Shown here: piece by piece, positions 29,292-39,458 of the stretch
Layout: every line of letters begins with the position of its first letter
How positions within the stretch are numbered: position 1 is the first letter of the stretch
DNA from: Chlamydiia bacterium
GTDB lineage: Bacteria; Chlamydiota; Chlamydiia; Chlamydiales; Rhabdochlamydiaceae
Reading direction: 5' to 3'
Length of the DNA stretch: 64,000 bases
NCBI GenBank assembly: GCA_963804085.1
Contig: CAWDOQ010000002.1
Location: 96,001 to 160,000 of the forward strand
Made by a program: the position numbers and the translations under genes
Notes under the pieces: model-generated
What the model saw: only the letters and a program-made list of their open reading frames with translations
Database searches by the model: none
Told to the model about the DNA's origin: nothing

Positions 29292-29749
29292 TTTAAAAGG
29301 TCTCTGTAGGGAGGGATGTAGGAGAGATAAGCATAACCATCTTTTGCAGCATCGAAATACCCAAACTCTATCTTATGTGCATTGGCAAGAGCAAAAAAAG
29401 GAGCTTGGACAAAACGGTTATACCCCAAGAGCTGCTCGCGTGCCCCCTCTTCAATCTCTCCTTGTTTGCATTCGATTAAAAGAAGCGGAAACAGCGGATG
29501 CTCGGGATGGATATTCTTTCCAAAAGAGAGGATGTCGATTCTTCTATCGGGAATATCTTGTTTTTTACTGATGTGAGGAAGCTGTTTGAGCTCCTTTTCT
29601 ACAACGAGAAGCTCTCTTGGAAACCCGAGCTCATAGAGCATCTTTTGAAGAAGCTGCTGTCTTACCCGCTCTTCAGGTGTTGCAGGCACCCAGCATTTGC
29701 GCACCTCATCATAAAGAAGAGAGTCGCTACTGGGGGAGGACGATACCAT
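29288..29749 (-). CDS. Stand-alone type I restriction HsdR N-terminal-like domain protein
   Basis: YDEVRK..TPEERVRQ..VEK..RRIDI..LIECK..QL.GYN. Confidence 0.85.
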   Translation of the reverse strand: MVSSSPSSDSLLYDEVRKCWVPATPEERVRQQLLQKMLYELGFPRELLVVEKELKQLPHISKKQDIPDRRIDILSFGKNIHPEHPLFPLLLIECKQGEIEEGAREQLLGYNRFVQAPFFALANAHKIEFGYFDAAKDGYAYLSYIPPYRDLLK

Positions 29750-30359
29750 AGTCGCCGTCTTGACGTCTGTAGATCACCTTCAGTTTGCGATCCTCTTCTC
29801 CTACGAAAATGAGAAAGGGATCGTCCGAAAGCTCCATCTTCATGATCGCCTCGTTAGTAGTGATCGTCTTAAGAGGCATCTTGTCATTGGCAATGACTTT
29901 GGGGATGTGAAAGATCTTCTCTTTTTCTTTTCTTGTCTCTGCTTCGATCTCGCCATTGACCTCTTCTAGAAGGTTGTAGGGCCGGCGCAGAACGTTTACT
30001 TGCATGTCGACTACAGATAGCTTTTTTGCAGTATGATCTTGAATGCGGCTTCTCCATCTACGCATCTTCTCATGCAGACGCTCTATTGCGTGATCGATCG
30101 AAGCATAGATATCGCTGCAGGTAGCAGAGACCTTAATAAAAAAATGTTCCAGTTTGATGACGATAGAAACACACTGCTCTTCGCGATGGATCTCCATTGT
30201 CACATGGACATCCATGATATGATCGTGAAAACGCTCGATCTTAGAAAACTTATCGTTGAAATAGTTCTTCATCGCTTCAGTGACTTGAACGCCTCTTCCG
30301 ATGAACGTAAGCTTATATCCCGCTGCGTCCTCTTCTGCAAATTTCTTTCTATCGACCAT
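29727..30359 (-). CDS. hpf: Long ribosome hibernation promoting factor
   Basis: VTEAMKNY..K..KIERF, DIYASID, EAIMKMEL, YRRQDGDYG. Confidence 0.92.
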   Translation of the reverse strand: MVDRKKFAEEDAAGYKLTFIGRGVQVTEAMKNYFNDKFSKIERFHDHIMDVHVTMEIHREEQCVSIVIKLEHFFIKVSATCSDIYASIDHAIERLHEKMRRWRSRIQDHTAKKLSVVDMQVNVLRRPYNLLEEVNGEIEAETRKEKEKIFHIPKVIANDKMPLKTITTNEAIMKMELSDDPFLIFVGEEDRKLKVIYRRQDGDYGIVLPQ

Positions 30360-30372
30360 ATATGCCTCATTA

Positions 30373-30723
30373 TTATGTCTTCTTCGCTGATTTCCATCCT
30401 ATCTCGTAGACAGGAAAAATGTCGATCACTGTCTCTTCGTAGGGGTGGACGCGGTGAATGGCCGCTACCACTTCCTCCAGCTTCTCTCTTGAGCAGACCG
30501 CCTCGACCCTCTCCTCGACAACCTCCTCCATCTTGCCGGGCTTACCTATAAAAGGCTTCGCCCCTTTGCCCGGCTTAAACCGTCCCGTCCCCTTCACTGA
30601 AAAGCTGCAAAAGGAGTAGGCGCCCACCTCTCCCGCCCCTGCCTTTCCCATCGCCTCTCGGACTAGATCGGCATGGGTCTCAGGGACTGTCGTTACTATC
30701 GTGACATAATCCGCTAACTTCAT
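30373..30723 (-). CDS. Stand-alone YqfO/NIF3 PII-like domain protein
   Basis: AGAGEVGAYSFCSF..GTGRF..PFIG..HPYEE. Confidence 0.88.
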   Translation of the reverse strand: MKLADYVTIVTTVPETHADLVREAMGKAGAGEVGAYSFCSFSVKGTGRFKPGKGAKPFIGKPGKMEEVVEERVEAVCSREKLEEVVAAIHRVHPYEETVIDIFPVYEIGWKSAKKT

Positions 30724-30735
30724 AATATCCCTAAT

Positions 30736-30808
30736 TGCACCGAACAGGACTCGAACCTGTAACCACCCGGTTCGAAGCCGGGTACTCTATCCATTGAGCT
30801 ATCGGTGC
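30736..30808 (-). tRNA. tRNA-Arg(TCG)
   Basis: Cloverleaf; anticodon arm CCCGG-CTTCGAA-CCGGG. Confidence 0.95.
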
Positions 30809-30853
30809 TTGATTTTTTCCTCGAGAGTAATTAAACCTTGGCACTAGTAAAAT

Positions 30854-31450
30854 ATGCAATTGGAAAAAACAGAAGGGATCGTCCTCCGCAGCTTGACCTA
30901 TCAAGAGGATGCACGCATTCTCACGCTGTTTACAAAAGATTTAGGACTCATCAGCCTGATGTTGAAGGGGGTATCGCCTAGAAGCCTCCAAAAGATGGCT
31001 GCCGCCTCCCCTTTTTGTCAGGCAGAATTCGTCTATTTTAAGGGGCAGTCTGACATGCTCCACTACCGCGACAGCACCCTGCTCAATGAACATCTTTTTT
31101 TGCGAAACAAGCTCTCTTCGCTACAGACAGCCGGAGCTCTTGTCCAAGCGCTGCTTAAGTCGCAAATGCCCGGTAAGAGCTCTCCCGCTCTCTACCATCT
31201 GCTCGATACCTATCTCAAACAGATCCCCGCATTTAGCGATTCGGCACCACTTGTTACGAGTTTTTATTTGAAAATTCTCTCTCACGAAGGAGTCCTGCTC
31301 CTTTCAGACTTGGCAGCCTCTCCTCAAGAAGGAGCGCTGTTAGAAGAACTTCTCTCGGCACGCAGCTTTGAAAAGCTTAAGACGATCACCCTTCCTGCAA
31401 CACTTGCAGAAAAAGCAGCCCTCTACTTCCAATCTACTGTTTCTCTTTAG
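30854..31450 (+). CDS. recO: DNA repair protein RecO
   Basis: EGIVLR..Y.EDARILTLFTKDLG; synteny. Confidence 0.9.
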   Translation: MQLEKTEGIVLRSLTYQEDARILTLFTKDLGLISLMLKGVSPRSLQKMAAASPFCQAEFVYFKGQSDMLHYRDSTLLNEHLFLRNKLSSLQTAGALVQALLKSQMPGKSSPALYHLLDTYLKQIPAFSDSAPLVTSFYLKILSHEGVLLLSDLAASPQEGALLEELLSARSFEKLKTITLPATLAEKAALYFQSTVSL

Positions 31451-32864
31451 ACTCTTGCTTAGACTCGGGCTTGGGTAGAGCACTCGAATAGTCGAGAAGA
31501 GAAAGCGTTCCGCCTATGGGCAGGTCCTCTTTATCCTCACCTTCATAATCCCTAAAAAGAACGATCAGCTTGTTTTGTTTATCCCACCGGAACTCGGTAT
31601 GTATGCCTGCAAATTCTCGTATCCGCCTCCGAGAAGCAACATCCCATAGTTGAACGCTATTTCCGTTTGCTAAAAGAAGGGTCTTTGTTTTTGGATCAAA
31701 ATCTATCTGCCTGATACCTAATGGCATATAGGGAAACGTAGACAACACCTTGGAAGTTGCCAGGTCCCAAACTACTACTTTACCCTTTCGCTCTGGTACC
31801 ATTTCGTTTCTCCTCCAGCTAAACATCCCGCTTCTGACGCTGACTTCTCTTTCTAGGATATAGTCGCAAGAAGCAAATAGCCGTCTGTTAGTACAATCGT
31901 AGTGAAAAGCACTGTAGCTCTCTTGGTTATCTGCAGCATCTTGTAATACACTGATCTGCTTTCCGGTGATTGGATCAAGCACCTCTACTTTAGAGCCATT
32001 ACTGCAAAAGAGCTGCTGGCTAGGAGCATCATAGACAACCTTGCCCGCCATATGAAAGTGGAGTAGTTCTAAAGTGGTCCGATCCCAAACATACAAAGCC
32101 CCCTCACCGAGTGAGAGACCGAAGATACGGTTGATCTCTGGAGCCTCGCACATCCAATTGATACTAGCATGAGCTTCTTTTGTCTTGTATTTGTGGCATT
32201 CTCCCAATTCATCTATTTTCCAGAAATAACTCCAATTTCTCCAGCTGGAAACCATCGTCATTGTCTGAAGGTTGAGACAAATAGGATTACGTTCCTTTAA
32301 AAGCGGCTGATCACAAAGAGTTTTTCCCGTTTTTAAATTCCATATTCTCAGTCTTCCTTCGGAGCCGACACAGCAGGCTCTATTATCTGGCACAGATAAA
32401 TGGACCGTACACGCACTCTTATCCAATTGAGATTTGGTCAATTGTTTGACCATTTTCCCATTTCGATCCCAAACCCGCACACCCGAATCGAAACTATAAT
32501 CACTCGCATCTCCTGTCAGGAGAAGTGGCCCTTGAGGGTCATAAGCAAAACTGGTAAAGGGAAGAGGCGTTCCCAATTTAAGCTTTAAAGAACCGCTGTC
32601 AGCAAAAGGAGAAGCATTTCGAATGAAAACCGTTTGGCACTTCCCAGCCAAGAGTCCAAAACCATCTGCACACAAATGAGTCTGAAAAGTGCGGCAAGTA
32701 GCAGACATCCGGCAACATTCTTGATTTGTGAGATAAGCCTTAAAGATTAATCCGCAAAGCCGAACCGGAATCCGCTTCTCCAGCCCCGGGCCCTTGCACG
32801 GGTTCTTCTCTGTTTCTGCCTGAATAGTTCTGCATCTATTTGCAAGCCAATGCACCATGAACAT
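31434..32864 (-). CDS. F-box + WD40-repeat protein; candidate effector
   Basis: IPVRLCGLIFKAYLTNQECCRMSATCRTF (F-box-like) followed by VRVWD, LRIWN, LYVWD, VVVWD, VQLWD. Confidence 0.8.
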   Translation of the reverse strand: MFMVHWLANRCRTIQAETEKNPCKGPGLEKRIPVRLCGLIFKAYLTNQECCRMSATCRTFQTHLCADGFGLLAGKCQTVFIRNASPFADSGSLKLKLGTPLPFTSFAYDPQGPLLLTGDASDYSFDSGVRVWDRNGKMVKQLTKSQLDKSACTVHLSVPDNRACCVGSEGRLRIWNLKTGKTLCDQPLLKERNPICLNLQTMTMVSSWRNWSYFWKIDELGECHKYKTKEAHASINWMCEAPEINRIFGLSLGEGALYVWDRTTLELLHFHMAGKVVYDAPSQQLFCSNGSKVEVLDPITGKQISVLQDAADNQESYSAFHYDCTNRRLFASCDYILEREVSVRSGMFSWRRNEMVPERKGKVVVWDLATSKVLSTFPYMPLGIRQIDFDPKTKTLLLANGNSVQLWDVASRRRIREFAGIHTEFRWDKQNKLIVLFRDYEGEDKEDLPIGGTLSLLDYSSALPKPESKQESKEKQ

Positions 32865-32872
32865 AAAAAATC

Positions 32873-34336
32873 CTACTCTTTTTTGGGTTGCTCTTTAGAC
32901 TCTTGCTTAGATTCGGGTTTGCCCTCTTTAGACTCGGGCTTGGGCTGAGCACTCGAATAGTCGACAAGAGAAAGGGTTCCACCTATGGGCTTCTGCTCTT
33001 TATCGACGCCTGTATAATGCCTAAAAAGAACGATCAGTTGGTTTTTTTTGTCCCACCGGAACTCGGTATGCATGCCTGCAAATTCTCGTATCCGCCTCCG
33101 AGAAGCAAAATCCCAAAGCTGAACGCTATTTCCATCTGCTAAAAGAAGGGTCTTTGTTTTTGGATCAAAATCAATCTGCCTGATACCGAATGGCATAGAG
33201 GGAAACGTAAACAACACCTTAGAAGTTGCCAAGTCCCAAACTACTATTTTACCTTTTCGCTCTCGTACAATTTCGTTTCTCATCGAGCCAAAGACCCCGC
33301 TTCTGACGCCGAGAACTTCTCTTTGTAGGTCACAGTTGAAAGCAGCAAATAGCCATCTGCTAGTACAATCATAGTGAAAAGCAGGGTCGTGATCTCGATT
33401 AACGGTAGCATGTTGTAATACACTGGTCTGCTTTCCGGTAGTTGCATCAAGCACCTCTATTTTAGAGCCCACAGTACAAAAGAGCTGCTGGCTAGGAGCA
33501 TCATAGGCAACGGTGCCTGCTCTATAAGAAGAGTCGAGCAGTTCTAAAGTTGTCCGATCCCAAACATAGAAAACCCCCTCGCTGATTGAATGTCCGAAGA
33601 TGCGATTGATCTTTGGAGCCTCGTACATCGAAACGTGACCAGCATGATCTTGTTTTAGCTGATATCTGCGGTATTCTCCCGATTCCTCTATTTTCCAGAA
33701 ATAACTCCGATTTCTCCAGCTGGAAACCATCGTCATTGTCTGAAGGTTGGGATAAAGACAACCTTCGTTGTTAACCGGAAAATCACAAAGAGTTTCTCCT
33801 GTTTCTAAATTCCACATTCTTACTCTCCCTTCGGAGCCGACACAGGAGGCTCTATTATCCGGTACGGATAAATGGACCGTACGTACGCTCTTATGCAGTT
33901 GAGATTCGGTCAATTGTTTGACCATTTTTCCATTTCGATCCCAAACCCGCACACCCGAATCGAAACTATAATCACTCGCATCTCCTGTCAGGAGAAGTGG
34001 CCCTTGAGGGTCATAAGCAAAACTGGTAAAGGGAAGAGGCGTTCCCAATTTAAGCTTTAAAGAACCGCTGTCAGCAAAAGGAGAAGCATTTCGAATAAAA
34101 ACCGTTTGGCATTTTCCGGCTACCAGTGCAAAGCCATTTGCAGACAAATGAGTCTGAAAAGTCTTACAAGTAGCAAACATCCGGCAGCATTCTTGATTTG
34201 TGAGATAATCCTTAAAGATTAATCCGCAAAGCCGAACCGGAATCCGCTTCTCAAGCCCTGGGCCCTTGTACGGGTTCTTCTCTGTTTCTGCCTGAATAGT
34301 TCTGCATCTGTTTGCAAGCCAACCAATTATTATCAT
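32873..34336 (-). CDS. F-box + WD40-repeat protein, tandem paralog
   Basis: Same architecture; GGAGG RBS. Confidence 0.8.
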   Translation of the reverse strand: MIIIGWLANRCRTIQAETEKNPYKGPGLEKRIPVRLCGLIFKDYLTNQECCRMFATCKTFQTHLSANGFALVAGKCQTVFIRNASPFADSGSLKLKLGTPLPFTSFAYDPQGPLLLTGDASDYSFDSGVRVWDRNGKMVKQLTESQLHKSVRTVHLSVPDNRASCVGSEGRVRMWNLETGETLCDFPVNNEGCLYPNLQTMTMVSSWRNRSYFWKIEESGEYRRYQLKQDHAGHVSMYEAPKINRIFGHSISEGVFYVWDRTTLELLDSSYRAGTVAYDAPSQQLFCTVGSKIEVLDATTGKQTSVLQHATVNRDHDPAFHYDCTSRWLFAAFNCDLQREVLGVRSGVFGSMRNEIVRERKGKIVVWDLATSKVLFTFPSMPFGIRQIDFDPKTKTLLLADGNSVQLWDFASRRRIREFAGMHTEFRWDKKNQLIVLFRHYTGVDKEQKPIGGTLSLVDYSSAQPKPESKEGKPESKQESKEQPKKE

Positions 34337-34403
34337 AATTCCTCCAAATGTGAAGGAATATTGTATATTAGCCGTCGATTAACCTCTCTTTTTAAAAGAA
34401 TTT

Positions 34404-35666
34404 TTACAGTTTAATTCCCTCGCGGAGGTAAGTCTCTAAGGTTAGGATCTCTCCGTCGATTTTTAATTCGTGCATCGCCTCTTCAAGGGCTCTTTTTTCG
34501 CGTGCCATCGTATCCTGATCGCGGGTATCCCAAGAGATCTGGAATAACTTCTTATGCCCTCTAGCTGTTTGGGCTAAGAAGTCGACCTCATAGCCTTTCG
34601 CTGTCTGGTAGTAGCTTATCTTGCAGCCTAGGCGTTTTAAATCTAAGTAGATGATGTTTTCAAATAACCTTCCGAGATCATTTTCATAGTCTAAAGTCAA
34701 GGCTCTAATCATACCTGGATCGATAGCATATAATTTTCTAGGCTTTGTCTTTGCTTTTCGAATGGATTTATCATAGGCATCCAGGGAAAAAGCAAGGTAG
34801 GCATCTTCGATATGATCCACATATTCATACAATATATCCTTTCCTACCTGATAGCCTTGAGTTCTTATGTCATTGTAAAATTTATGCACAGCAAAGGGTT
34901 TGCCTACATTGTGAATCATCGACAAGATGAGATATTTAATTAGGGTAGGATTTTTTATGTTATGCCTCTCGATAATATCTCGATAGATGACTACATCTAT
35001 GTACTCTTGTAACGTTTTTTGCTTTACATCCGGACTAAATCCGACGATTTCAGGAAATCCTCCTTCTGACAGGTAGTGGCGAAATAGCTCAGCTAACCTG
35101 TCTTGCGTCTTTTTGTCATACAGAGTACGATCGATGCTTACCTTTTTTGCTCTTGCAAACTCACTAAAGTTATAGGGCCAGATTTCAATTGCAAGAGATC
35201 TTCCTCGCAAGCTGGTCGCAATCTCTTTGCTGAGTAATTTGGCTGATGATCCCGTTAAGAAAATCTCTGCATTTTTTGTATCGTGTAAGCGCCTTATAAC
35301 TAGAGGCCAATTTGCGACATTTTGGATCTCATCGAAAAAAAGGTAGCACTTTCTATCATGGTTCTGTGGATAGAGCGAATAGAATGCCTCCACTAACTTC
35401 GCGAACTTTTTCTCATCCAAAGGAAAAAGCCTGTCATCTTCAAAGTTAAGGTACAAAATGGCTGTTTTGCTAACCCCGGCCTCCAGGATTTTTAGAATGT
35501 GCTGATAGAGAAAGTAGGTTTTACCTGCACGGCGCATTCCTATTGCTACCTTAATTTTGGATGGAGCATCGGGAAACCGAGCCTCTCTTTCCACAAGGTG
35601 GGTGAGATGAGCTAATTTATCGTGGAATTCTCCTAGTAAAATGGGAAGCAGTGCTTGTTCTGTCAT
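34404..35666 (-). CDS. AAA+ ATPase with DUF4143
   Basis: GMRRAGKT, FDEIQ, TGSS, LRGR, GGFPE, DPG, FEN, EVDF. Confidence 0.9.
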   Translation of the reverse strand: MTEQALLPILLGEFHDKLAHLTHLVEREARFPDAPSKIKVAIGMRRAGKTYFLYQHILKILEAGVSKTAILYLNFEDDRLFPLDEKKFAKLVEAFYSLYPQNHDRKCYLFFDEIQNVANWPLVIRRLHDTKNAEIFLTGSSAKLLSKEIATSLRGRSLAIEIWPYNFSEFARAKKVSIDRTLYDKKTQDRLAELFRHYLSEGGFPEIVGFSPDVKQKTLQEYIDVVIYRDIIERHNIKNPTLIKYLILSMIHNVGKPFAVHKFYNDIRTQGYQVGKDILYEYVDHIEDAYLAFSLDAYDKSIRKAKTKPRKLYAIDPGMIRALTLDYENDLGRLFENIIYLDLKRLGCKISYYQTAKGYEVDFLAQTARGHKKLFQISWDTRDQDTMAREKRALEEAMHELKIDGEILTLETYLREGIKL

Positions 35667-35668
35667 AA

Positions 35669-35757
35669 TCTTTCCTTTGAGCAAGGAAAGATAGGCGTAT
35701 TACTTTCCTTATTCTAGTGAAAGAATAGCACGTTTCTTTCCTTGGCGCAAGGAAAGA
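35669..35757. promoter_or_regulatory. Three palindromic boxes TCTTTCCTT-N5-AAGGAAAGA at 33-bp period overlapping the RBS
   Basis: Boxes start at 35669, 35702 (degenerate) and 35735. Confidence 0.75.
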
Positions 35758-35808
35758 CAGAAAAACGGCGCGCAACCACCTAAATATTAGTAAGTTATAA
35801 AATAAAAA

Positions 35809-36177
35809 CTATCGGGGGTCTTTAAACTCGATGACCATCACTTCGATCGGTTCATCGGAGTCATTGATATCTGCGTGCAGGGTGTTTGCTGGATCTTCGG
35901 TTAGCCAGTAGGCTTTGCCGGTTTCGAAGGTAAGGGGAGAGGTAGTGCCATCCTCTTCGATTTTGGTGAGGGTGCCGCCCTTTAGGCCAACTACAACGCG
36001 TTGATTGTCATGGCGATGCATCTTGAGGGGCTGATGGGGCATGATTATGGTTTTCCAGACCTTTACGCGGTCGTTCTCAAACTGGAGTTCGCGGTGGGTG
36101 ATGGGCTTTGGTGTTACTGCATCTTCGGTAATTGCGGATGAGAGAAGCGAGTAAGAAAGGAGAAAAGAAAAAAGCAT
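35809..36177 (-). CDS. Secreted cupin-like protein
   Basis: Signal-like N-terminus; FENDRVKVW..MHRH..H.DIN..IEFK. Confidence 0.75.
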   Translation of the reverse strand: MLFSFLLSYSLLSSAITEDAVTPKPITHRELQFENDRVKVWKTIIMPHQPLKMHRHDNQRVVVGLKGGTLTKIEEDGTTSPLTFETGKAYWLTEDPANTLHADINDSDEPIEVMVIEFKDPR

Positions 36178-36220
36178 GTTGTACCTCCGTAGCTAATCAA
36201 CTTTGTAGTTTCTGTCTTTT

Positions 36221-36304
36221 CGTGCCCTTGCCCGTGCCCGTGCCCGTGCCCCTGCCCGAAATTAATCCGGATCGGGCAAGGGCAGGGGCACGGGCAAGGG
36301 CACG
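36221..36304. repeat. Hexamer-armed palindrome (GTGCCC subtype)
   Basis: Six versus five hexamers around GAAATTAATCCGGATC. Confidence 0.95.
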
Positions 36305-36331
36305 TTAAAGAAAGGTATGGCGGTTGTTATA

Positions 36332-36415
36332 TGCGAAAGGGGGGACTCGAACCCCCAAAAGGTTTCCCTCACTACCACCTCAAAGTAGCGCGTCTGCCAA
36401 TTCCGCCACTCTCGC
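36332..36415 (-). tRNA. tRNA-Leu(GAG)
   Basis: Cloverleaf; anticodon arm CTACT-TTGAGGT-GGTAG; long variable arm. Confidence 0.95.
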
Positions 36416-36522
36416 AAAAAAATTAAAGCCATAATATGGCAGGGCGCGAAATCTGTTCAAGCAAAGAAAGTTTTTAAAGTCGGTTTGGGCTTTTAATGAG
36501 GGGTTAAGGTATAAGGGCTAGT

Positions 36523-37317
36523 ATGCGATGCACCAGTTATTGCACAGCCGCCTCTTATGACGTCCAACGTCTTTTTCAAGCCCTGCAAAAGCATGGCCAC
36601 TGCCAGCTTTATCGCGATGTGATCCATCTGCAAATTAAAGAGGAGCGCAGAGTTAAAGGCGACATCTTCTACTTCTCATATGGCGTTATTGTCTCTTGGG
36701 GATTTACTCTCGAAGAGGAGCAGGAGATTCTGTCTTTCTTGAAAGAGTATGAAAAGGAGCCGCATCCGAAACCTGAGATCGACGAGTTCACCTATATCTA
36801 TGGCGATACGATGGCGATCGAAGAGGATGAGATCGTGCTGCAAAACAAGAGCAACCTGTTAAAGCTAGCCATCTCTTACGGGATTGCGCAGTCTGTAAAG
36901 CTGGCGATCTTTGAAGAGATGATCCAAAAGACGATCGACAACACTAAGCACCTCCCCTCTTCTCTTGCCAAAAAGGGGAAGATCGCCTTGTCCCGCAAAG
37001 AGATCTCGCGCAAGTTGGGAGAGATCTTCATCGAGCGCAATTTCATCAACTTGCATTCGGAGATCTTGGACACTCCGGAATTTTTCTGGAACCATCCGGA
37101 GCTTGAGCCTTTCTATCGCCGCACGGCCCACTATCTAGATGTGACCAAACGTGTCGAAGCATTGAATAAACGCCTGAACGTGGTGCACGAGCTCTTTGAG
37201 ATTTTGACAAGCGAACTCAACCACCAGCACTCCTCACGCCTCGAGTGGACAATCATCTGCCTGATCGTTATCGAAGTGATGCTCGCGGTCCTAAAAGATA
37301 TTTTCCATCTAATCTAA
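36523..37317 (+). CDS. RMD1/YagE (DUF155) family protein
   Basis: [34 protein letters not shown]. Confidence 0.92.
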   Translation: MRCTSYCTAASYDVQRLFQALQKHGHCQLYRDVIHLQIKEERRVKGDIFYFSYGVIVSWGFTLEEEQEILSFLKEYEKEPHPKPEIDEFTYIYGDTMAIEEDEIVLQNKSNLLKLAISYGIAQSVKLAIFEEMIQKTIDNTKHLPSSLAKKGKIALSRKEISRKLGEIFIERNFINLHSEILDTPEFFWNHPELEPFYRRTAHYLDVTKRVEALNKRLNVVHELFEILTSELNHQHSSRLEWTIICLIVIEVMLAVLKDIFHLI

Positions 37318-37529
37318 TGTTTCGAATCATTTTAAAATTTCCGATTCGCTTCTATCAGCTCGCGCTCAGCCCCTTCATTGGTAAGTGCTGCAGATTCTAT
37401 CCCAGCTGTTCTGATTATGGGATCGAGGCGATCGAAAAGCATGGAATAAAAGGTCTGTGGCTGCTCCTCAAGCGCCTCGTCAAGTGCAATCCCTGGCACC
37501 CAGGTGGCATCGACCACGTTCCTGATTAA
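37317..37529 (+). CDS. yidD: Membrane protein insertion efficiency factor
   Basis: [35 protein letters not shown] overlap. Confidence 0.93.
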   Translation: MFRIILKFPIRFYQLALSPFIGKCCRFYPSCSDYGIEAIEKHGIKGLWLLLKRLVKCNPWHPGGIDHVPD

Positions 37530-37936
37530 ATAATGAGTTCCGCTACAGAAACACCAGTGATAAGTCCTTCTATTGCTTTGAAATGCTTATCATTAGAGAA
37601 AAGCACACATCCATGTTCTAATGCTTGTGCAGCAATCCACATATCATTTGATGGAATAGGAGTGCCTTTATTTCTTAAAGAAGAATAAATTTGACTGTAA
37701 AAATTTGCAGTGTCTGACGTCATTGGGAAAAATCTAATGCGCGAAGATTGCAAAAATTGATGTAGCTCATCTCGATTTTTTTTCGTTTTATTCCCACATT
37801 CAAACCCGCTTAATAATTCTCCTAGAACCACGGGCCCTATAGCAAGAGTTTCAGCCTGCTGAATAATTTCGGTTGCATAGGTTTCTTCGCGTTTGAAAGC
37901 CACATACGCATTGGTGTCGATAAATACTGGTCTCAT
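37526..37936 (-). CDS. vapC: VapC PIN-domain toxin
   Basis: IDTN, GEL, NDMWIAA, DKHF. Confidence 0.93.
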   Translation of the reverse strand: MRPVFIDTNAYVAFKREETYATEIIQQAETLAIGPVVLGELLSGFECGNKTKKNRDELHQFLQSSRIRFFPMTSDTANFYSQIYSSLRNKGTPIPSNDMWIAAQALEHGCVLFSNDKHFKAIEGLITGVSVAELII

Positions 37937-38190
37937 TGCCAAAGATCCTCATCAATTTGCTCAAAACTGCGAGTATTTTTTTTGAATGTTTTTTCATCTT
38001 CAGCTGACCATGAACCAGCTAGATGATCCAAATCGTGATAGACTACTTTTTTGCGAGCAAGCCCAAGCCCTTGTTCGATCATTTGCAATACCAATAGATT
38101 TACGCTAGTACGCAAACGTTTTGCTTCACGTTTTAAAAGAATCATCACGTCGCTGGGGATTCCTCTTAGATTAAAGTTAGATGCAGACAT
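37933..38190 (-). CDS. Ribbon-helix-helix antitoxin (VapB/FitA-like)
   Basis: FNLRGIP..LKREAK...SVN; ATGA overlap with vapC; GATACC repeats at 38195-38237. Confidence 0.85.
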   Translation of the reverse strand: MSASNFNLRGIPSDVMILLKREAKRLRTSVNLLVLQMIEQGLGLARKKVVYHDLDHLAGSWSAEDEKTFKKNTRSFEQIDEDLWQ

Positions 38191-38288
38191 AAATGATACC
38201 TCATTACAATACCTCAACGATACCATTTTCTGATATCATCGACAAGGATGTTTCTTAAACATATTGTGATCAGACACTTAGGATTATG

Positions 38289-39407
38289 TTAACTGCTTGG
38301 GATTTCGAGTTTTTTGCCCTGGCGCAGCATCTGTTCTGATTCTAGATGGTTGGCACGCATCAGTTCTTTTACGCTCACCTTGTACTGCTTGGCGATCTTC
38401 CAGAGGCTATCCCCTTTTTGAACTGTGTGGATCCGTTTTTGTTGAGAGGGGGCCTCTTTTTGAACGACAACATTAGGTTGGGGCGCTCGAAAAGAGGAGG
38501 CGCGCTTCCAGACGGCATCGCTACGCGGGCTTGCCAGAAGCTCTTTGGCCAAGAGTGCTAATTTAGGAGAGTTTACGTTCACAAGATCGAAGAGTTTCAA
38601 GAGTTCTGCATCGTCCATCCGCTTGGAGGTAAACTCAAAATCCGCTTCGAGCAGGAGCTGAGCTGCAAGCGGCGCGTTACAGTTGAGGTAGGCGATAAGA
38701 AATGTGCGTCTTGCTTCCAATGAGAGGTCTTGCGCAAGTTTTTGTTTTTCACAAAATGTCTGCAAAATAGCCCAGTCGCCTTGTGCGAGCATTTCGATTA
38801 GCTGCTCCTTCTCTATTGGAAGTCCTGTGCGTGAAAAGAGAAGAGAGGCCATCTGGAACTCGCTCGTATGGAAAAAGGCTTCGAGCAGAGTCGGATCGCG
38901 CGGAATCGCTGCGCGCTTGATCTCAAAGAAAAGTCCCTGGTTGGAAAGGGGCCACTTCTCTGTTCTTGCATAGCGCATAACTGCTTCAAATTGGGCAGGG
39001 GTAACGCCGGGGAAAAGGGAAAGTGTAATCCTCTCCTGGTTATTTGCGTGAGAAAGAAGCACTTCTCGCTTTTGCGGGAGCAGGCCTCCTAAAGCAGCAT
39101 CGAGATTAAAATGGTGAAAGGCGACCATGCAAGAGAGCGCAAGATCGCGCTTTCTAAAGCCATCTTCTACGAGCTCTTGATTCTCTAAACGCAGGAGCAG
39201 CTCGGCGAAGGGGAGCTGAGAGTAGGCGCGCAAAAGCTCTTCATTGTTCAGGCTTCCTGGAATATTTTGGCTTGCCATCGGCTTGAGTTCGATGGGAACG
39301 GCTGCCTGCTTATCTTTGATGACAAAATAGGTAAAGGTGGCGATCAGCCCTAGGTTGAGTGTGCCGCTTAAAATGAGTGCTTGCGTCAGTCTTTTTGTAT
39401 GGTGCAT
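38289..39407 (-). CDS. LysM-domain membrane-anchored protein (CT474-like)
   Basis: N-terminal TM; HTVQKGDSLWKIAK..V..LMRAN.L; synteny. Confidence 0.88.
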   Translation of the reverse strand: MHHTKRLTQALILSGTLNLGLIATFTYFVIKDKQAAVPIELKPMASQNIPGSLNNEELLRAYSQLPFAELLLRLENQELVEDGFRKRDLALSCMVAFHHFNLDAALGGLLPQKREVLLSHANNQERITLSLFPGVTPAQFEAVMRYARTEKWPLSNQGLFFEIKRAAIPRDPTLLEAFFHTSEFQMASLLFSRTGLPIEKEQLIEMLAQGDWAILQTFCEKQKLAQDLSLEARRTFLIAYLNCNAPLAAQLLLEADFEFTSKRMDDAELLKLFDLVNVNSPKLALLAKELLASPRSDAVWKRASSFRAPQPNVVVQKEAPSQQKRIHTVQKGDSLWKIAKQYKVSVKELMRANHLESEQMLRQGKKLEIPSS

Positions 39408-39458
39408 TTTTCCCTTCTCGTAACTACCTGAATTATGTTATATCATATGATCAAATTT

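Noticed and set aside
29288-29749. Type I restriction-modification system
   Set aside because: Only an isolated HsdR N-terminal-like domain; no hsdM, hsdS or helicase.
37526-38240. VapBC module with GATACC repeats as a new system
   Set aside because: Typical type II toxin-antitoxin with an expected RHH operator.
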